Source: Okamejei kenojei
Lineage: Eukaryota
Length of the DNA stretch: 63,636 bases
Direction of reading: 5' to 3'
NCBI GenBank assembly: GCA_035221665.1
Contig: CM069159.1
Location: 19,654,365 to 19,718,000 of the forward strand
Shown: one piece after another, positions 26,655-39,245 of the stretch
Position numbering within the stretch: position 1 is the first letter of the stretch
How the letters are laid out: every line of letters begins with the position of its first letter
Translations under genes and position numbers: made by a program
The notes under the pieces: generated by a model
Databases searched by the model: none
Told to the model about the DNA's origin: nothing
The model's input: the letters and a program-made list of their open reading frames with translations, nothing else

Positions 26655-27915
26655 AAACATAGAAACATTAAAAATAGGTGCAGGAAGAGGCCCTTTGAGC
26701 CTGCACCGCCATTCATTATGATCATGGCTGATCATCCACAATCAGTAACTCGTGCTTGCCTTCTCCCCGTATACCTTGATTCCGCTATCCCCTAGAGCTC
26801 TATCTAACTCCCTTTTAAATTCATCCAGTGAATTGGCCTCTACTGCCTTCTGTGGCAGACAATTCCACAAATTGATAAGGGGAGTTGAGTATAAGAGCAA
26901 AGAGGTCCTTCTGCAGCTGTACAGGACCCTAGTGAGACCACACCTGAAGTAATGTGTGCAGTTTTGGTCTCCAAATTTGAGGAAGGAGATTCTTGCTATT
27001 GAAGGAGTGCAGCGTAGATTCACAAGGTTAATTCCCGGGATGGCGGGACTGTCATATGCTGAGAAAATGGAGCAGCTGGGCTTGTATACTCTGGAATTTA
27101 GAAAGATGAGAGAGGAATCTTATTGAAACATAAGATTATTAAGGGTTTCGACATGCTAGAGCAGTGGTTCTTAACCTGGGGGTCGTGACCCCCTTGTGGG
27201 GTCGTTTGGGGCTTTGCCAGGGGACATGAAGGCGACATAAATAACATATCAATTTGTTGAGCCCATGTTTAGGAACCTAACAAAGGTACATACCACATAC
27301 AGTGTTTTGTTGGGTACTGATGCCAAAAAGGTTAAGAACCACTGTGCTAGAGGCAGGAAACATGTTCCTGATGTTGGGGGAGTCCAGAACCAAGGGGCCA
27401 CAGTTTAAGAATAAGGGGTAAGCCAATTAGAACGGAGATGAGAAAACACATTTTCACACAGAGAGTTGTGAGTCTGTGCAATTCTCTGTCTCAGAGGGCG
27501 GTGGAGGCCGGTTCGCTGGATATTTTCAAGAGAGAGCTAGATAGGGCTCTTAAAGATAGTGGAGTCAGGGGATATGGGGTGAAGGCAGGAACAGGGTACT
27601 AATTGTGGATAATCAGCCATGATCACATTGAATGGCGGTGCTGGCTCGAAGTGACGAATTACCTACTCTTGTCTATTGTCTAAATTCACAACTCTCTGGG
27701 TAAAACAGTTTTTTTTCTCATCACATTTTTAAATGACCCCCCCTTTATTCTTAGACTGTGGCCCCTGGCTCTGGACTCCCCCAACATTGGGAACAATTTT
27801 CCTGCATCTAGCTTGTCCAGTCCTTTTATAATTTTCTGTCTCTATAAGATCCCTTCTCATCCTTCTAAATTCTAGTGAATACAAGCCCAGTCTTCCCAAT
27901 CTTTCCTCATATGAC
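26655..27915. mobile_element. Cluster of CR1 LINE 3' fragments in both orientations
   Basis: LYRTLVRPHL, LGLYSLEFRRMR.DLIE and NLWN.LP motifs; (agaaacat)n-type tails. Confidence 0.85.
27162..27344. mobile_element. hAT (Charlie-like) MITE inserted in CR1
   Basis: Perfect 16-bp TIR cagtggttcttaacct and 8-bp TSD TGCTAGAG (27154-27161, 27345-27352). Confidence 0.9.
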
Positions 27916-27999
27916 ACATTATGTCACTTCCTCATTAATTGATCATTATAGGTTTATGCATATTATTTGAATATAATGGTTTGAGAGCAGGATGTCTTA

Positions 28000-28688
28000 A
28001 GGGCCTGCCCACTTGGGTGATCTCTCAGCGGGCTGCAGTCGTCTTTCAAGTTCGCGGCACTCGCTGAGAAACCGGGAACTGGAACGGCGNNNNNNNNNNN
28101 NNNNNNNNNNNNNNNNNNNNNNNNNNNNNNNNNNNNNNNNNNNNNNNNNNNNNNNNNNNNNNNNNNNNNNNNNNNNNNNNNNNNNNNNNNNNNNNNNNNN
28201 NNNNNNNNNNNNNNNNNNNNNNNNNNNNNNNNNNNNNNNNNNNNNNNNNNNNAAAGCCAAGGTGATACAGCCACACACACTGATGAACAGGAAGGTTAAG
28301 GCAGCTAGCACAGTGTACGGTAAGTCCTTTAAAAGCAGGGAGAAGGGGGAGGGGGGAAGGAGTGGAGACACTTTAAAGAAGCCAGACAACTTTTAATAAG
28401 CTAGAGATACACAGCTGTGAAGTTTGGCGGGCATTTAACATTACCAGTTGGTTCTCCTTGGTTCTGAAAACACATGAAAATGCCTGGTCAGCAAAGGCCT
28501 ACGACTAGCTCGACTGCCTATAACTGCATGGCGACCATATTGAGGCCGCGACTAATTCCCAGAATGCGGGAGCTCCTCGCGACCATGAAAGAACTCACCA
28601 GACACCACCAGCGAACATGTGGCGACCATGTGGCGAGCGCAGAGTCTCCTGCACTCACCTAAAAAGTCGCCTAAGTGGGACAGGCCCT
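28000..28688. mobile_element. PIF/Harbinger-like non-autonomous element (contains N gap)
   Basis: TIR agggcctg(t)cccactt and 3-bp TSD TTA on both sides. Confidence 0.75.
28090..28252. other. Assembly gap
   Basis: Run of N. Confidence 1.
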
Positions 28689-29429
28689 TTAGAGAGAGAA
28701 TTTCCATAATTTTGTTGAAGGCAGTATTTGAACCATTCGTCCATTCTTTACTTAAATTCATGGTGTCATCAGATCCAATACATTCACTGTGTCAATAAGT
28801 TAACACATTTCATCTACAGAGAACCAATCCCAATTAAGTAAAGCACAAAGTGATGGAATAACTCAACGGGTCAGGCAGCAACTCTGGGGTAATGGACAAG
28901 CGACGTTTCCGGTTGCGAGCTTTCACTAACATGGCCTCTGTGAACATTACACCCTGAATCCATGGCCCCAATTGTAACCATGTAAGGCTGAGATGCTTCT
29001 CATCAGGCACACACCCTGCCTGAAATCATCCACCACCAACTCTGGAACTGTCTGAAGTGACTCAAGGTGACCCAAAATCAAACCTATTTCCATATTGGCA
29101 CTGGATGTAGGAATCATCACTGCTGCATTTGTTAGGGTCTGATTTAGGTATAAGTATTTCCAATGATAGCTCTTACACGGAGAGCAATGTCTTCTTCTGC
29201 TTGTGCGTATGTCCAGTTGATTTCAATACCAATTTTCTGAGGCATTAAAATAAAGACAAATGAGGAATTTATTTATTCACGCTTTGGACAACCTTCTCAA
29301 ATCCAACATTCTTAAGAAATATTTTGCCATTACAAACCATCCCAGACCTATATAAGGAGGGTTTTGGCTATTTGTTTCTCAACTTAAACTCAATACTGGT
29401 GAGTTTACTAAATTGGCATCATTTCTAGA

Positions 29430-29920
29430 GTCATGGAGTAATACAGCACGGAAACAGGCCCTTCGCCTCAACTGGCCCATGCCGACCAAGATGCCCCATC
29501 TATACTGGTCCCTCCTTCCCATGTTAGGCCCATATCCCTCTAAAACTTTTCAACCATGTACCTGTCAAAATGTATTTCAAATACTGTTGTCGTACCTGCT
29601 TCAACTACCTCCTCTGGCAGCTCCTTCCAGAAACTCACTATCCTTTGTGTTAATTAAGTTGCCTCTCGGATTCCTATTAAAATCTTTTCTCTCTCATCTT
29701 GTACAGATATTCTCTGGTTCTTGATTCCCCTGCTGTGGGTAAAATACCCTGTCCATTCACCCTATCTATTCCTCTCATGATCGTATATACCTCGATCAGA
29801 TCATCCATCATCCTCATACGCTCCAAGGAATACATTTCCAGCCTGTTCAGCCTCTCCCTCTAGCTGAGGACCTCAAGTCCCGGCAACATTCTCGTAAATC
29901 TTCTCTGAACTCCTTCTAGT
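29430..29920 (-). mobile_element. CR1-type 3' fragment
   Basis: Typical CR1 3' end (ggaaacaggcccttcg...) and degenerate RT C-terminus. Confidence 0.65.
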
Positions 29921-30109
29921 TTTATATTTGACCAGCAGATGGTGCAAGAACTACACTAGGATGCAGTATAATCAAAGTGCAGATAACTGAAGCAACTGTA
30001 GCAATTTATTTTCTGAAAGCAAGAAAACTACAAATATGGAGCCAAGTAAAAGTCTGATTATCCGACACACTTGGGAATTTGAAAGTTGGTTTATTGTCAA
30101 ATTTTCCAG

Positions 30110-30590
30110 ATTATGAGATTGATCCCTGGGATGGCGCACTGTCATATGAGGAAAGATTGAAAAGACTAGGCTTGTATTCACTGGAGTTTAGAAGGATGAG
30201 GAGGGATCTTATAGAAACATAAAATTATAAAAGGACTGGACAAGCTAGATGCAGGAAAAATGTTCCCAATGTGGGGCGAGTCCAGAAACAGGGGCCACAG
30301 TCTTAGAATAAAGGGGAGGTCATTTAAAACTGAGATGAGAAAAAAACTTTTTCACCTAGAGAGTTGTGAATTTATGGAATTCCCTGCCACAGAGGGCAGT
30401 GGAGGCCAAGTCATTGGATGGATTTAAGAGAGAGTTAGATAGAGCTCTAGGGGCTAGTGGAATCAAGGGATATGGGGAGAAGGCAGGCACGGGTTATTGA
30501 TAGGGGACGATCAGCCATGATCACAATGAATGGCAGTGCTGGCTCGAAGGGCCGAATGGCCTCTTCCTGCACCTATTTTCTATGTTTCTA
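30110..30590 (+). mobile_element. CR1 LINE 3' fragment
   Basis: SYEERL..LGLYSLEFRRMR.DLIET coding remnant, ending cctattttctatgtttcta. Confidence 0.85.
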
Positions 30591-30739
30591 TCTTTGTATT
30601 ATTGAATGTTATTCCTATTCACGCCCTACACATTTTCAATTCATATGAAAAAATATTATATAGTATTGCTGTGCTATATTTTCTATGTTCTATAATATAA
30701 AAAAACAAATTCAACACTGGAGCTATTGTATAAATAGCC

Positions 30740-31020
30740 AATAGACAATAGGTGCCGGGGTAGGCCATTCGGCTCTTCGAGCCAGCACTGCCATTCAATG
30801 TGATCATGGCTGATCATCCCCAATCAGTACCCCGTTCCTGCCTTCTCCCCATATCCCCTGACTCCGCTATCTTTAGGAGCCCTATCTAGCTCTCTCTTGA
30901 CAGTATCCAGAGAACTGGCCTCCACCGCCCTCTGAGGCAGCGAATTCCACAGACTCACAACTCTCTGTGAGAAAAAGTGTTTCCTTGTCTCTGTTCTAAG
31001 TGGCTTACCCCTTATTCTTA
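30740..31020 (-). mobile_element. CR1 LINE 3' fragment
   Basis: Reverse-orientation homologue of 27410-27680. Confidence 0.85.
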
Positions 31021-31281
31021 AATTATTTCTTAAATTCTTAAATAGTATTTATTTAGATACCTCAACAAAGTAATTGGTTCTTGCTTGATACCCTTATTTT
31101 TCAAAAGTAGAATTGTTCTTCCTTGCTGACTATCTAGCTTCTCCACATAAATGCCTTTCTTCTTCAACTGCAAAGCAGTTAGAGAAGACATCCAAATAAT
31201 GGGCCAACTTTTCACATGAGCCATCGTACTTGAGTACATTGATTTCTCACAACTGATCACCACTGGGAAAGGCCTAAAATA

Positions 31282-31325
31282 GTGACTAACTTTTACACCC
31301 CAAATAGGGTGTAAAAGTTAGTCAC
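31282..31325. repeat. Perfect 19-bp inverted repeat with 6-nt spacer
   Basis: gtgactaacttttacaccc-caaata-gggtgtaaaagttagtcac. Confidence 0.95.
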
Positions 31326-32289
31326 CGTCATGGAGAGATACGGCGTGAAAACAGGCACTTTGACCCACCAAATCTGTGCCAACTTATATTATATTTTATT
31401 ATACTATGTTATATTACATTTAATGCACCAAACCAAATGGCTTTTAAGCACATAACTGCTATGTTAAATTTATGCACAAGGTGGCGCACTGGTAGAAAAG
31501 ATAGGAACAGCATCTACAGTGCCAATAGGTATAAATGTGATACAGATGCAGAGCAGTTCCACATATGCAATATAAGAGGTTAGTTCACAATCTGACACCA
31601 GAATATAATACAGAAGAGTAGAGTGAAAATCAAGTAAACACTTTAATGCCTCTGTTTATCACCTTCACTATGATCTTCTCCCTATGAATCTAAAATTCAG
31701 TTGGACCATTTCTTGCATCTCACCCTTTTTCTGTATCTCTCTGTCTCTGTCTCAGGAGACTAACAGTCTACTGACATTTAATACAGACCAACTGACTCCC
31801 ACAATGATCTTGACAAGACTTCCTCCCACATGGTCTCTTGTAAACATAGAAAATAGGTGCAGGACGAGGCCATTTGGTCCTTCGAGCCAGCACCACAGTG
31901 CAGTAAGTCCACCTTTCTTTCACTTTCTCTCAGTGTCACCTTTTCTGTTGCACCTATTCTCACGAAGAGACTTTCCTTTCTAGAACATAGGCTCTGGTGA
32001 AGTTATTTTCATCATAGGTTTAAGGTAATAGGGGAAAGGCTTAATAGGAACCTGATAGGGTGGAGGCTGCATGGAACGAGCTGCCAGAGGAGGTAATTGA
32101 GGCAGGTACTATCGCATACAACGTTTAAGAAACATTTAGACAGGTACATGGATAGGACAGATTTAGTGGGATATGGACCAAAAGCAGACAGGAGGGACTA
32201 GTGTAGCTGGGACATGTTGGCCAGTGTGAGCAAGTTGAGCCAATGGGCCTGTTTCCACACCGTATGACCCTATGACTCTATAACATCTC

Positions 32290-32955
32290 AGATGTCCTCC
32301 AGGATTTCTCCTCTGCTGTGGTCGATGGACCTCCTGTTCACATTTCCTCCATTTCACACAGATACTATTCCCTTGGTCTTTACCTTTCACCTTTCCACCA
32401 GCTGCGATGGGATCCCACCAGTAGTCACATCTTCCCCATCCCATCTCTTCCTGCTTTCCACAGGGACCATTCCCTCTGCCACTCACGAATTCACTTACCC
32501 ATTCCCACCTACCTCTCCCTGCCCCCTGGCACTTTCCACTGCAACCGTAAGAGATGCTACACTTGTTCCTACATCTCTGCCCTCACTACCATCCAGTGAC
32601 CTAAACAGTGCTTCCAGGTCAGATGTAGATTCACAATCTCCTACAACTTTGTTGATCAATTTGTATTCCTGATGTGACCTCCTCTACATAGGGGAGACCA
32701 TATGTAGGTCAAGCAGCTGCCTTGTGGAAGTGCTCTGTCCCTAATGGCTATTCTGACTTCCCAGTTGCCAGATCTTTCATCTCCCCTTCCTACTCACACT
32801 GACAAGTCTGCCCTAGGCCTTCTCATGACCATGGTGAGGCCTAATCCTGATTGGAAGGACAGCACTTCAGATCTCATCTGGGTAATCTACAATTTAGTAT
32901 GAACAATGGAAAATGGATTCATACATGTGTTCATATCTCCAATTTCAGGTAATCC
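32290..32955 (+). mobile_element. Penelope-like element fragment (GIY-YIG C-terminal remnant)
   Basis: YIGET-like codons (tacataggggagacc), PVA, and E..LI..LG..Q..GMN-like remnants. Confidence 0.65.
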
Positions 32956-33089
32956 TGTGTTCCCTTTTCTCTCATTTTTGCCATTGTGTAAAATAGTAGC
33001 CCCTCTGATTCCTATTAATTCCCCCTTCGCTTTAAACCTATGCGCTATAGGTTGAACAAGGGCGGAAAAAAAACATTTTTCAGTGGTGC

Positions 33090-33385
33090 CACTGCAGGAA
33101 GTGACTTAAACTTTATCGAAATGCTTCAATGGGTGAAAGAAACTCATTTGAAGTAAGACAACCTTGTTGCAGCGAATTATAAAAGGCACTAAAGTCACTC
33201 TGACGGCGCACTGACTGGGGCAGCTGTTTTAGATGGCGTGACATTGTTTTTGATTCAGTTCTCTTCCAACACGCACTCTGTGGATTTCATTGACACAGAT
33301 CCTCAGTGTTTACTTGAACAAAGGCAGAGATATTAATCTGGGGAAAGTGAAAACTTCCTTCGGCTCGAACGTAACTTCCTCCGCT
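33090..33385 (+). promoter_or_regulatory. Candidate promoter of the Ig receptor gene with ETS and IRF motifs
   Basis: CAGGAAGTG at 33095-33103, GAAAGTGAAA (IRF-E/ISRE core) at 33343-33352 next to an ACTTCC, PU.1-type GAGGAAGT on - at 33374-33381; CpG-richer than flanks. Confidence 0.5.
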
Positions 33386-33539
33386 CTGTACACCCTCTGG
33401 CATTTCACAGTCTCTGCTATTCTCCGCCTGAGATGCGAGTTCACAGCGGACGGATCATCCTCACTTGACATTTGCACGATTGGAGCTGGCCGCGGGCGGA
33501 GAGTTTAACATTTCCAGGGACGGTCAGAACCAGGCAAAG

Positions 33540-33588
33540 ATGCAACTCCTCCTGAAGCTGCTTTTCCTCCTGCATGCGGGAACACAAG
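33540..33588 (+). CDS. Ig receptor exon 1, signal peptide MQLLLKLLFLLHAGTQ-G
   Basis: ATG in aagATG context, hydrophobic leader, phase-1 non-canonical donor AG|GCAAGT in frame with the V exon. Confidence 0.8.
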
Positions 33589-34368
33589 GCAAGTTATGTT
33601 GATCGGACAATCTGTGGACCAAAGAGCCGTGATGGGGATCACCATTATGTGGCATATTGCATGGATAGGTAGTTCAGGACCGAGTCTGTTATTAAAACAG
33701 CAAGTCGATTAATATCTCTGCTCATAGGCCGAGAAACCCGTCAAAAGATTTAGTCTCCATTTAATCTATATTTTTAATGTTGGAATAAAAGTTTTGCATA
33801 TTCATTGACTGCGATTGCCTGCAATTATTCAATTAGTTAAAGCATTTGAGATACAATTCGGTCACCATAACTCCATCAGAGAGCGCAAAGCAAGAATCTT
33901 ACGAAGGTGTAGAAACGTTGAACGACAGATTCCGGTTTGCAAGAGAAGACACAGCGTGCTGGAGCAACTCAGCGGGCCAGGCAGCATCCCTGGAGAACAT
34001 GGATAGGTGACGTTTCGGGTCGGGACCCTTTTTCACAAAGATACTAGTATCTTTGCTTTTTCAGACATTGAAAAGTCATCTCATCCATGTGCTCCTGAGA
34101 TGCTGCCCGACTCGCCGGGTTACTCCAGCCCCTTGTGTCTTTTCTAGCGTCCCAAGATCACGGTGCCACCTGCCACCGAACCTGCTGAGGGAAGGCATTT
34201 GCAACCATCGTGGAAGCGAGAATCGTTGTTTGAAAACGTCAGATTTGAATACGTTTCTTGTAAATATTGTTTCCGTTAGAAAACCAATCCCTTGTTCAGT
34301 GGGTAAAGTGGATGTTTATTGAACTACTAACGGGAGTATAATTGACACATGTATTTATTTTCCACCAG

Positions 34369-34716
34369 GAGTTCCGCTAATCACAAATTTGACCCAGCCA
34401 CGTGTGGTCAAGGTGTGGAGAGGCGAGTCCGTCACGTTAAACTGTACATTTACTTATAATGGAAGTGTGAATGGCTGGCTCCGCGTTTCATGGTATCGGA
34501 CATTACCTGGACGGCCTGATGTTACTTGCAACACGAACAAATCGCTCTGCATTCCTCACCCCACCAGGGATGGTTTCAAACACTGTACGGTATCACTGAA
34601 GATTGAAAATGTATCGTTTGGTCATTCTGTTTACAACTACATTTGTGAGGTGAATGTACCAAGTGCCTTCCCTCCAATTCAGGAAAGGGGCCAAGGAACA
34701 CGAATACAGGTTTATG
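34369..34716 (+). CDS. Ig receptor exon 2, V-set domain with J-like GQGT
   Basis: Acceptor ttttccaccag, donor g|gtaaag; B-strand Cys, WYR, YxC, FPPIQERGQGTRIQVY. Confidence 0.92.
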
Positions 34717-35290
34717 GTAAAGTATTTGCAATACTATGATGATCTCCAGTCTCTGCACTTTATGTTTATGAAATCTATAATGTTAAACGCAGTGAATTTT
34801 GAACCAAGCCATTTACAGATACTTTAACAGAAATAATAGCAAGCAGACCCAATTAGAAATAAGATGAAATGAACACATTTTGTTTCAATCTAAATGAATA
34901 AGGCGTACTTAATACACAAAGGGCTGGAGCAATTAAATGGGTCAGGCAGCATCCCTGGAAAACATAGATGGGTGACTATCAGTCTGAACCTTCTTCAGAC
35001 CATGTTTCCCTAAGATACTGACTGACCCGCTGAGTTACTCCAGCACTCTGTCTTCTTTTGTAAACCAGAATCTGCAGTTCCGTGTTTCACAGAGGTACTT
35101 CAAGGTTGATGTTTCCAGCTTTTTTTTTTTGTAAAACACGGATTGTGATGTTGTTGCATTGTCTCATTGGATCTTTAATCATATATGAATACCAACAGTG
35201 AAAATATTGCTCCATTTATTTTATTTTCACTTTCCAACTATGAGCTGGTTTTACAACAGTTAAAAAATAACACTTTGAGATAGTTTGATT

Positions 35291-38200
35291 GACTGAATGA
35301 ATGAATGAATGAATGAATGCCTTTTTATTGTCACTATACACATGTACAATGGATTAAAAGCTGCTCCTACTCAGTGTAAAAAACAAAAAGGGGGAGGGGG
35401 AATAAGGTGCATAGTTTCTGCGATGCTATGTACATATCTATAAAAGACAATGGATAAATAGAATTACAGTTACAGTACAAATTACAGTAGGTGGATAGAT
35501 GAAGGTCCGGGGGTTAGGCTGTGAAGTCAGTGCATGTGTGAGTTCAGGGAGATAATGGATTTTGGAAAGAAACTGTTCTTGAGTCTATTTGTCCTTGTGC
35601 TGATGCACCTATAGCGCCTCCCTGAGGGCAGCAGGTTGAACAGGCCAAATGCAGGATGGGAGCTGTCCTTCATAATGTTCTTCGCCCTGCTGAGGCAGCG
35701 GGAGGTGTAAATGTCCATCAGAGAGGGGAGAGGGCAGCCGATGATCTTCTGTGCTGCCCTAACTACTCTCTGAAGCCTCTCCCTGTCTGCCATGGTGCAG
35801 CTGCCGTACCATGCTGTAATTCTGTATGTCAACAGGCTCTCAATGGACGAGCGGTAGAAGGTCAGCAGCAGGTTGGAGTCCAGGTTGTGCTTCCTGAGGA
35901 CCCTCAGGAAGTGCAGCCACTGCTGAGCCTTCTTGATGACCACTGTGATGTTATCTGTCCAGGAGATGTCAGCGGAGATAAGGGTGCCGAGAAACCGGAA
36001 GGTGTAGACCCTCTCCACACACTCACCGTTGATGTATAAGGGAGCTAAGTCGGTGCTGTGCCTCCTGAAGTCGACAATGAGCTCTTTGGTTTTCTTGGTG
36101 TTCAGAACCAGGTTGTTTTCTGAGCACCAGGCTGTCAACTTCAGGACTTCCTCTCTGTAGGCTGCCTCGTCTTCCCTTGAGATGTCCGACTACTGTAGTG
36201 TCGTCAGCAAACTTGACGATGCGGTTGTTGTTGTGGACCGGACTACAGTCGTGGGTGTAGAGACAGTATAGGAGGGGGCTTAGCATACAGCCCTGTGGGG
36301 AGCCGGTACTCAACATGCGAGTGGAGGAGAGGTGGGGGCCGAGTCTCACCGTCTGGGGCCGGTTGGTGAGGAAGTCCTTTATCCAGGCACATGTGAGAGT
36401 GGGGAGGCCAAGAGTGACCAGTTTGTCGATGAGAATGTCCGGGATGATAGTATTGAAAGCTGAGCTGTAATCCACAAAGAGCATCCGGACGTAGCTCTGC
36501 CCCAGCTCCAGGTGGCTCAGCACAGAGTGGAGAGCTACGGTGATGGCGTCTTCTGTGGACCTGTTTGGGCGATAGGCGAACTGGTGGGGGTCGAAGTCTG
36601 GAGGGAGATAGTCCTTGATGTGCTGGAGGACCAATCTCTCGAAGCACTTCGTGATTACCGGAGTGAGGGCCACAGGACGGTAATCGTTTAGGCTGGTGAT
36701 GGGGGACTTCTTCGGCACTGGGACGATTATGGCTGATTTTAGGCAGGACGGGATAACTGCCTGGTCCAGGGAGCGATTGAAGATTCTGGTGAAGATGACG
36801 GTGAGCTGGTGGGCACACGCTTTGAGCACCTTACCAGGTACTCCATCTGGGCCGGCAGCCTTCTTGGGGTTCACTGCCAGGAGCACCCGTCTGACATCGT
36901 GCTCCCTTACAGTGAATGGAGTCGTGCAGGAGCCAGGTAAGGGTGGGAGCAGGGCTTGTAGCAGATGAGTGCTGCTGTTGTGATGTTTCAATGCGGGAAA
37001 AATAAGCAATTTAGCTTCTCTGCCAGCAGCTCACTCCGGTCTTCTGTCGTTGTGGCACAGCCTCTGTAGTTTGTGATTCCTTGTATGCCCCGCCATACCT
37101 CCCGTATGTTATTGCTGGACAGGTGGGACTCTATGCTCCTCTTATAATCCACCTTAGCTTTTTTAATTCCCCTTTCCAGATCGGCTCGAGCAGCCCTGTA
37201 ACAGAGCTCCGTCACCTGACCTGAAGACATCATCGCGGGCTCTAAGAAGTGTGCGGACCTGGCTGGGCATCCAGGGTTTTCTGTTTGGGAAAACCCGAAT
37301 GTTTTTGTCCACAGTCACGTTTCCGATGCAGAACTTGATATAGTCCAGTACCGTTTCTGTGAATGTTTCCAGATCCTGGTGTTCGAGTATGTCCCAGGTG
37401 GTCTGCGTGAAGCAGTCCTGTAGTTTTGGAGAGTGCATTTTCAGGCCAGGTTGTAACAGTCTTTATGGTGGGCCTGGCACTTCGTCTGAGGGGGTGTAGG
37501 CTGGGGAGAGCAGGGAGGGAGAGATGATCTGACTGGCCAAGCTGGGGAGGGGAATGGCTCTATTCGCGTGCTTGATATTGGAATAGACATGATCCAGCAT
37601 GTTCTCCCCTTTAGTAGGACACTTGACATGTTGATAAAATTTCGGCAGTACAGTCTTCAAGTTGGCCTTATTAAAGTCCCCTGCAATTATGTGAACACCT
37701 TCGGGGTGTGCCCGCTGCTGTTCGTTAATGGTGTTCAGCAGGAGCGAGAGCGCCGTGTTTACATTGGCGTCGGGTGGAATATACACAGATGTGACAATCA
37801 CTACTGTTAGTTCTCTCGGTAGAAAAAAAGGCCGACATCTTACAGACATGTACTCGAGGTCAGGAGAACAATGTTTGTCTATGATTGTCCCGTTGTTGCA
37901 CCAGTCCTCATGCACGTAGATACAGAGACCCCCTCCCCTGCTCTTACCTGAGTCCATAGTCCTGTCCCCACGGAACAGAAAGCGTCCTGCTAGCTGCATG
38001 CTAGCATCAGGTATCCCCTGGTGAAGCCAGGTTTCAGTGATGATCAAAACACAGCAGTCACAAACATATCGGTTTCCAGCGAGTTGTAATTCCAGGTCAT
38101 CCGTTTTATGAACCAGGGATCTGGCATTGGAAAGATACAGGCTCGGTAGAGGTGGCTTATGTGGTTGTTTCCTTAGCCTTAGCAAAACGCCGGACCTGTG

Positions 38201-38497
38201 GCCTCGCTTCTGCTTCCTTTCCCTCCTCCGACTGCGCTGCCTCTTGGACCCGACTACAATCCACGGGGGGCCCGAAGGTCTCACTACGTCGTCCGGGATA
38301 TTATGCGTGTGATGAAAGACACTCAAAACAGATGTCTGATGCTGGTCACCGACGTCCAAGAGGCTCTGGCGGGTGTAGCGGATGTTTGCAGAACCGATAG
38401 TGAAGACGTACACAAACAGTGAAACGTACAAAAACAACAAAAAAGAACACCGAGATGGAGAGCCGTGAGCCGCTGCGACCATGCGCGCCGCCATCTT
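35291..38497 (-). mobile_element. Near full-length Rex1/Babar-clade LINE, antisense in intron 2
   Basis: 5' aagatggcggcg start; APE endonuclease (TETWL, GGGLC, AGDFN, LDH); RT ([18 protein letters not shown]); (TTCA)n tail; several frameshifts. Confidence 0.92.
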
Positions 38498-38699
38498 AAA
38501 AAGACTGCATTCAGTTAGAGAATGCTTTGTGTCTCAAGGCCATTCATCTAATATTTCAAGTGGTTAAAAGTTGTTCCATTTCCTTTAAATTAATAATCAG
38601 TTGAAATGAAAACAATTTAAAAACAAGTATTAAAAATATACAACCAGCCAACCAGCATTTAGATGTCAATGCTTTGATTTGTGCTATTAATCTCCATCA

Positions 38700-39245
38700 A
38701 ACAATTTAATTGGGTCGCCATTTGGAGCTCCAGAGCGTTGGGCCGCTGCTCCAACATCATGGAGCTCTGGTTTTGGGGAGAGCTTCCAACGCGGGCGGCG
38801 CTGAACTCCATGGAGTCCCGGGGCCCTTTGCCGAGGGCCTCCAGCATTGCTTCTCCACCCGGCACGCCCTGCGGACTTTGGGAGCCGCAGACTCCGGTAG
38901 GAGGGGGCCGACTCGAGGTCCAGGCCGCTGAGGAGGTCCCCCAGCCCCTGACGTCGGACTTACATCACCCCGGCGAGCGGGCCTGAGCATTGGGCTGCCC
39001 GTAGCGGCGACAGCGGAGGGCTCGGGGAGGACCTGACCAGTGGGGAACATCGGGAAGAGACTAACTTTGGTGCCTTCCCTCACAGTGGGAAACTTTGATC
39101 CTGCTGTGAGGGGATGTTTTATGTTGAATTTCTATCTACTCTGTGTTGTGTTCTTTATTTTTTCCTGTATGGCTGTATGGTGATTTCATTTCACTGTGCC
39201 AATTGGCACACATGACAAATAAAATGTATCTGTATATGTATCTGT
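38700..39245 (+). mobile_element. GC-rich composite retroposon-like repeat with LINE-type 3' tail
   Basis: Shares gccttcc.tcacagt...gatgtttatgt...tggctgtatgg...tgacaaataaa with 56765-57630. Confidence 0.5.

Noticed and set aside
34369-34760. Rearranging Ig/TCR V segment
   Set aside because: The J-like motif is in the same exon followed by a splice donor, and no CACAGTG heptamer/nonamer flanks either V exon.
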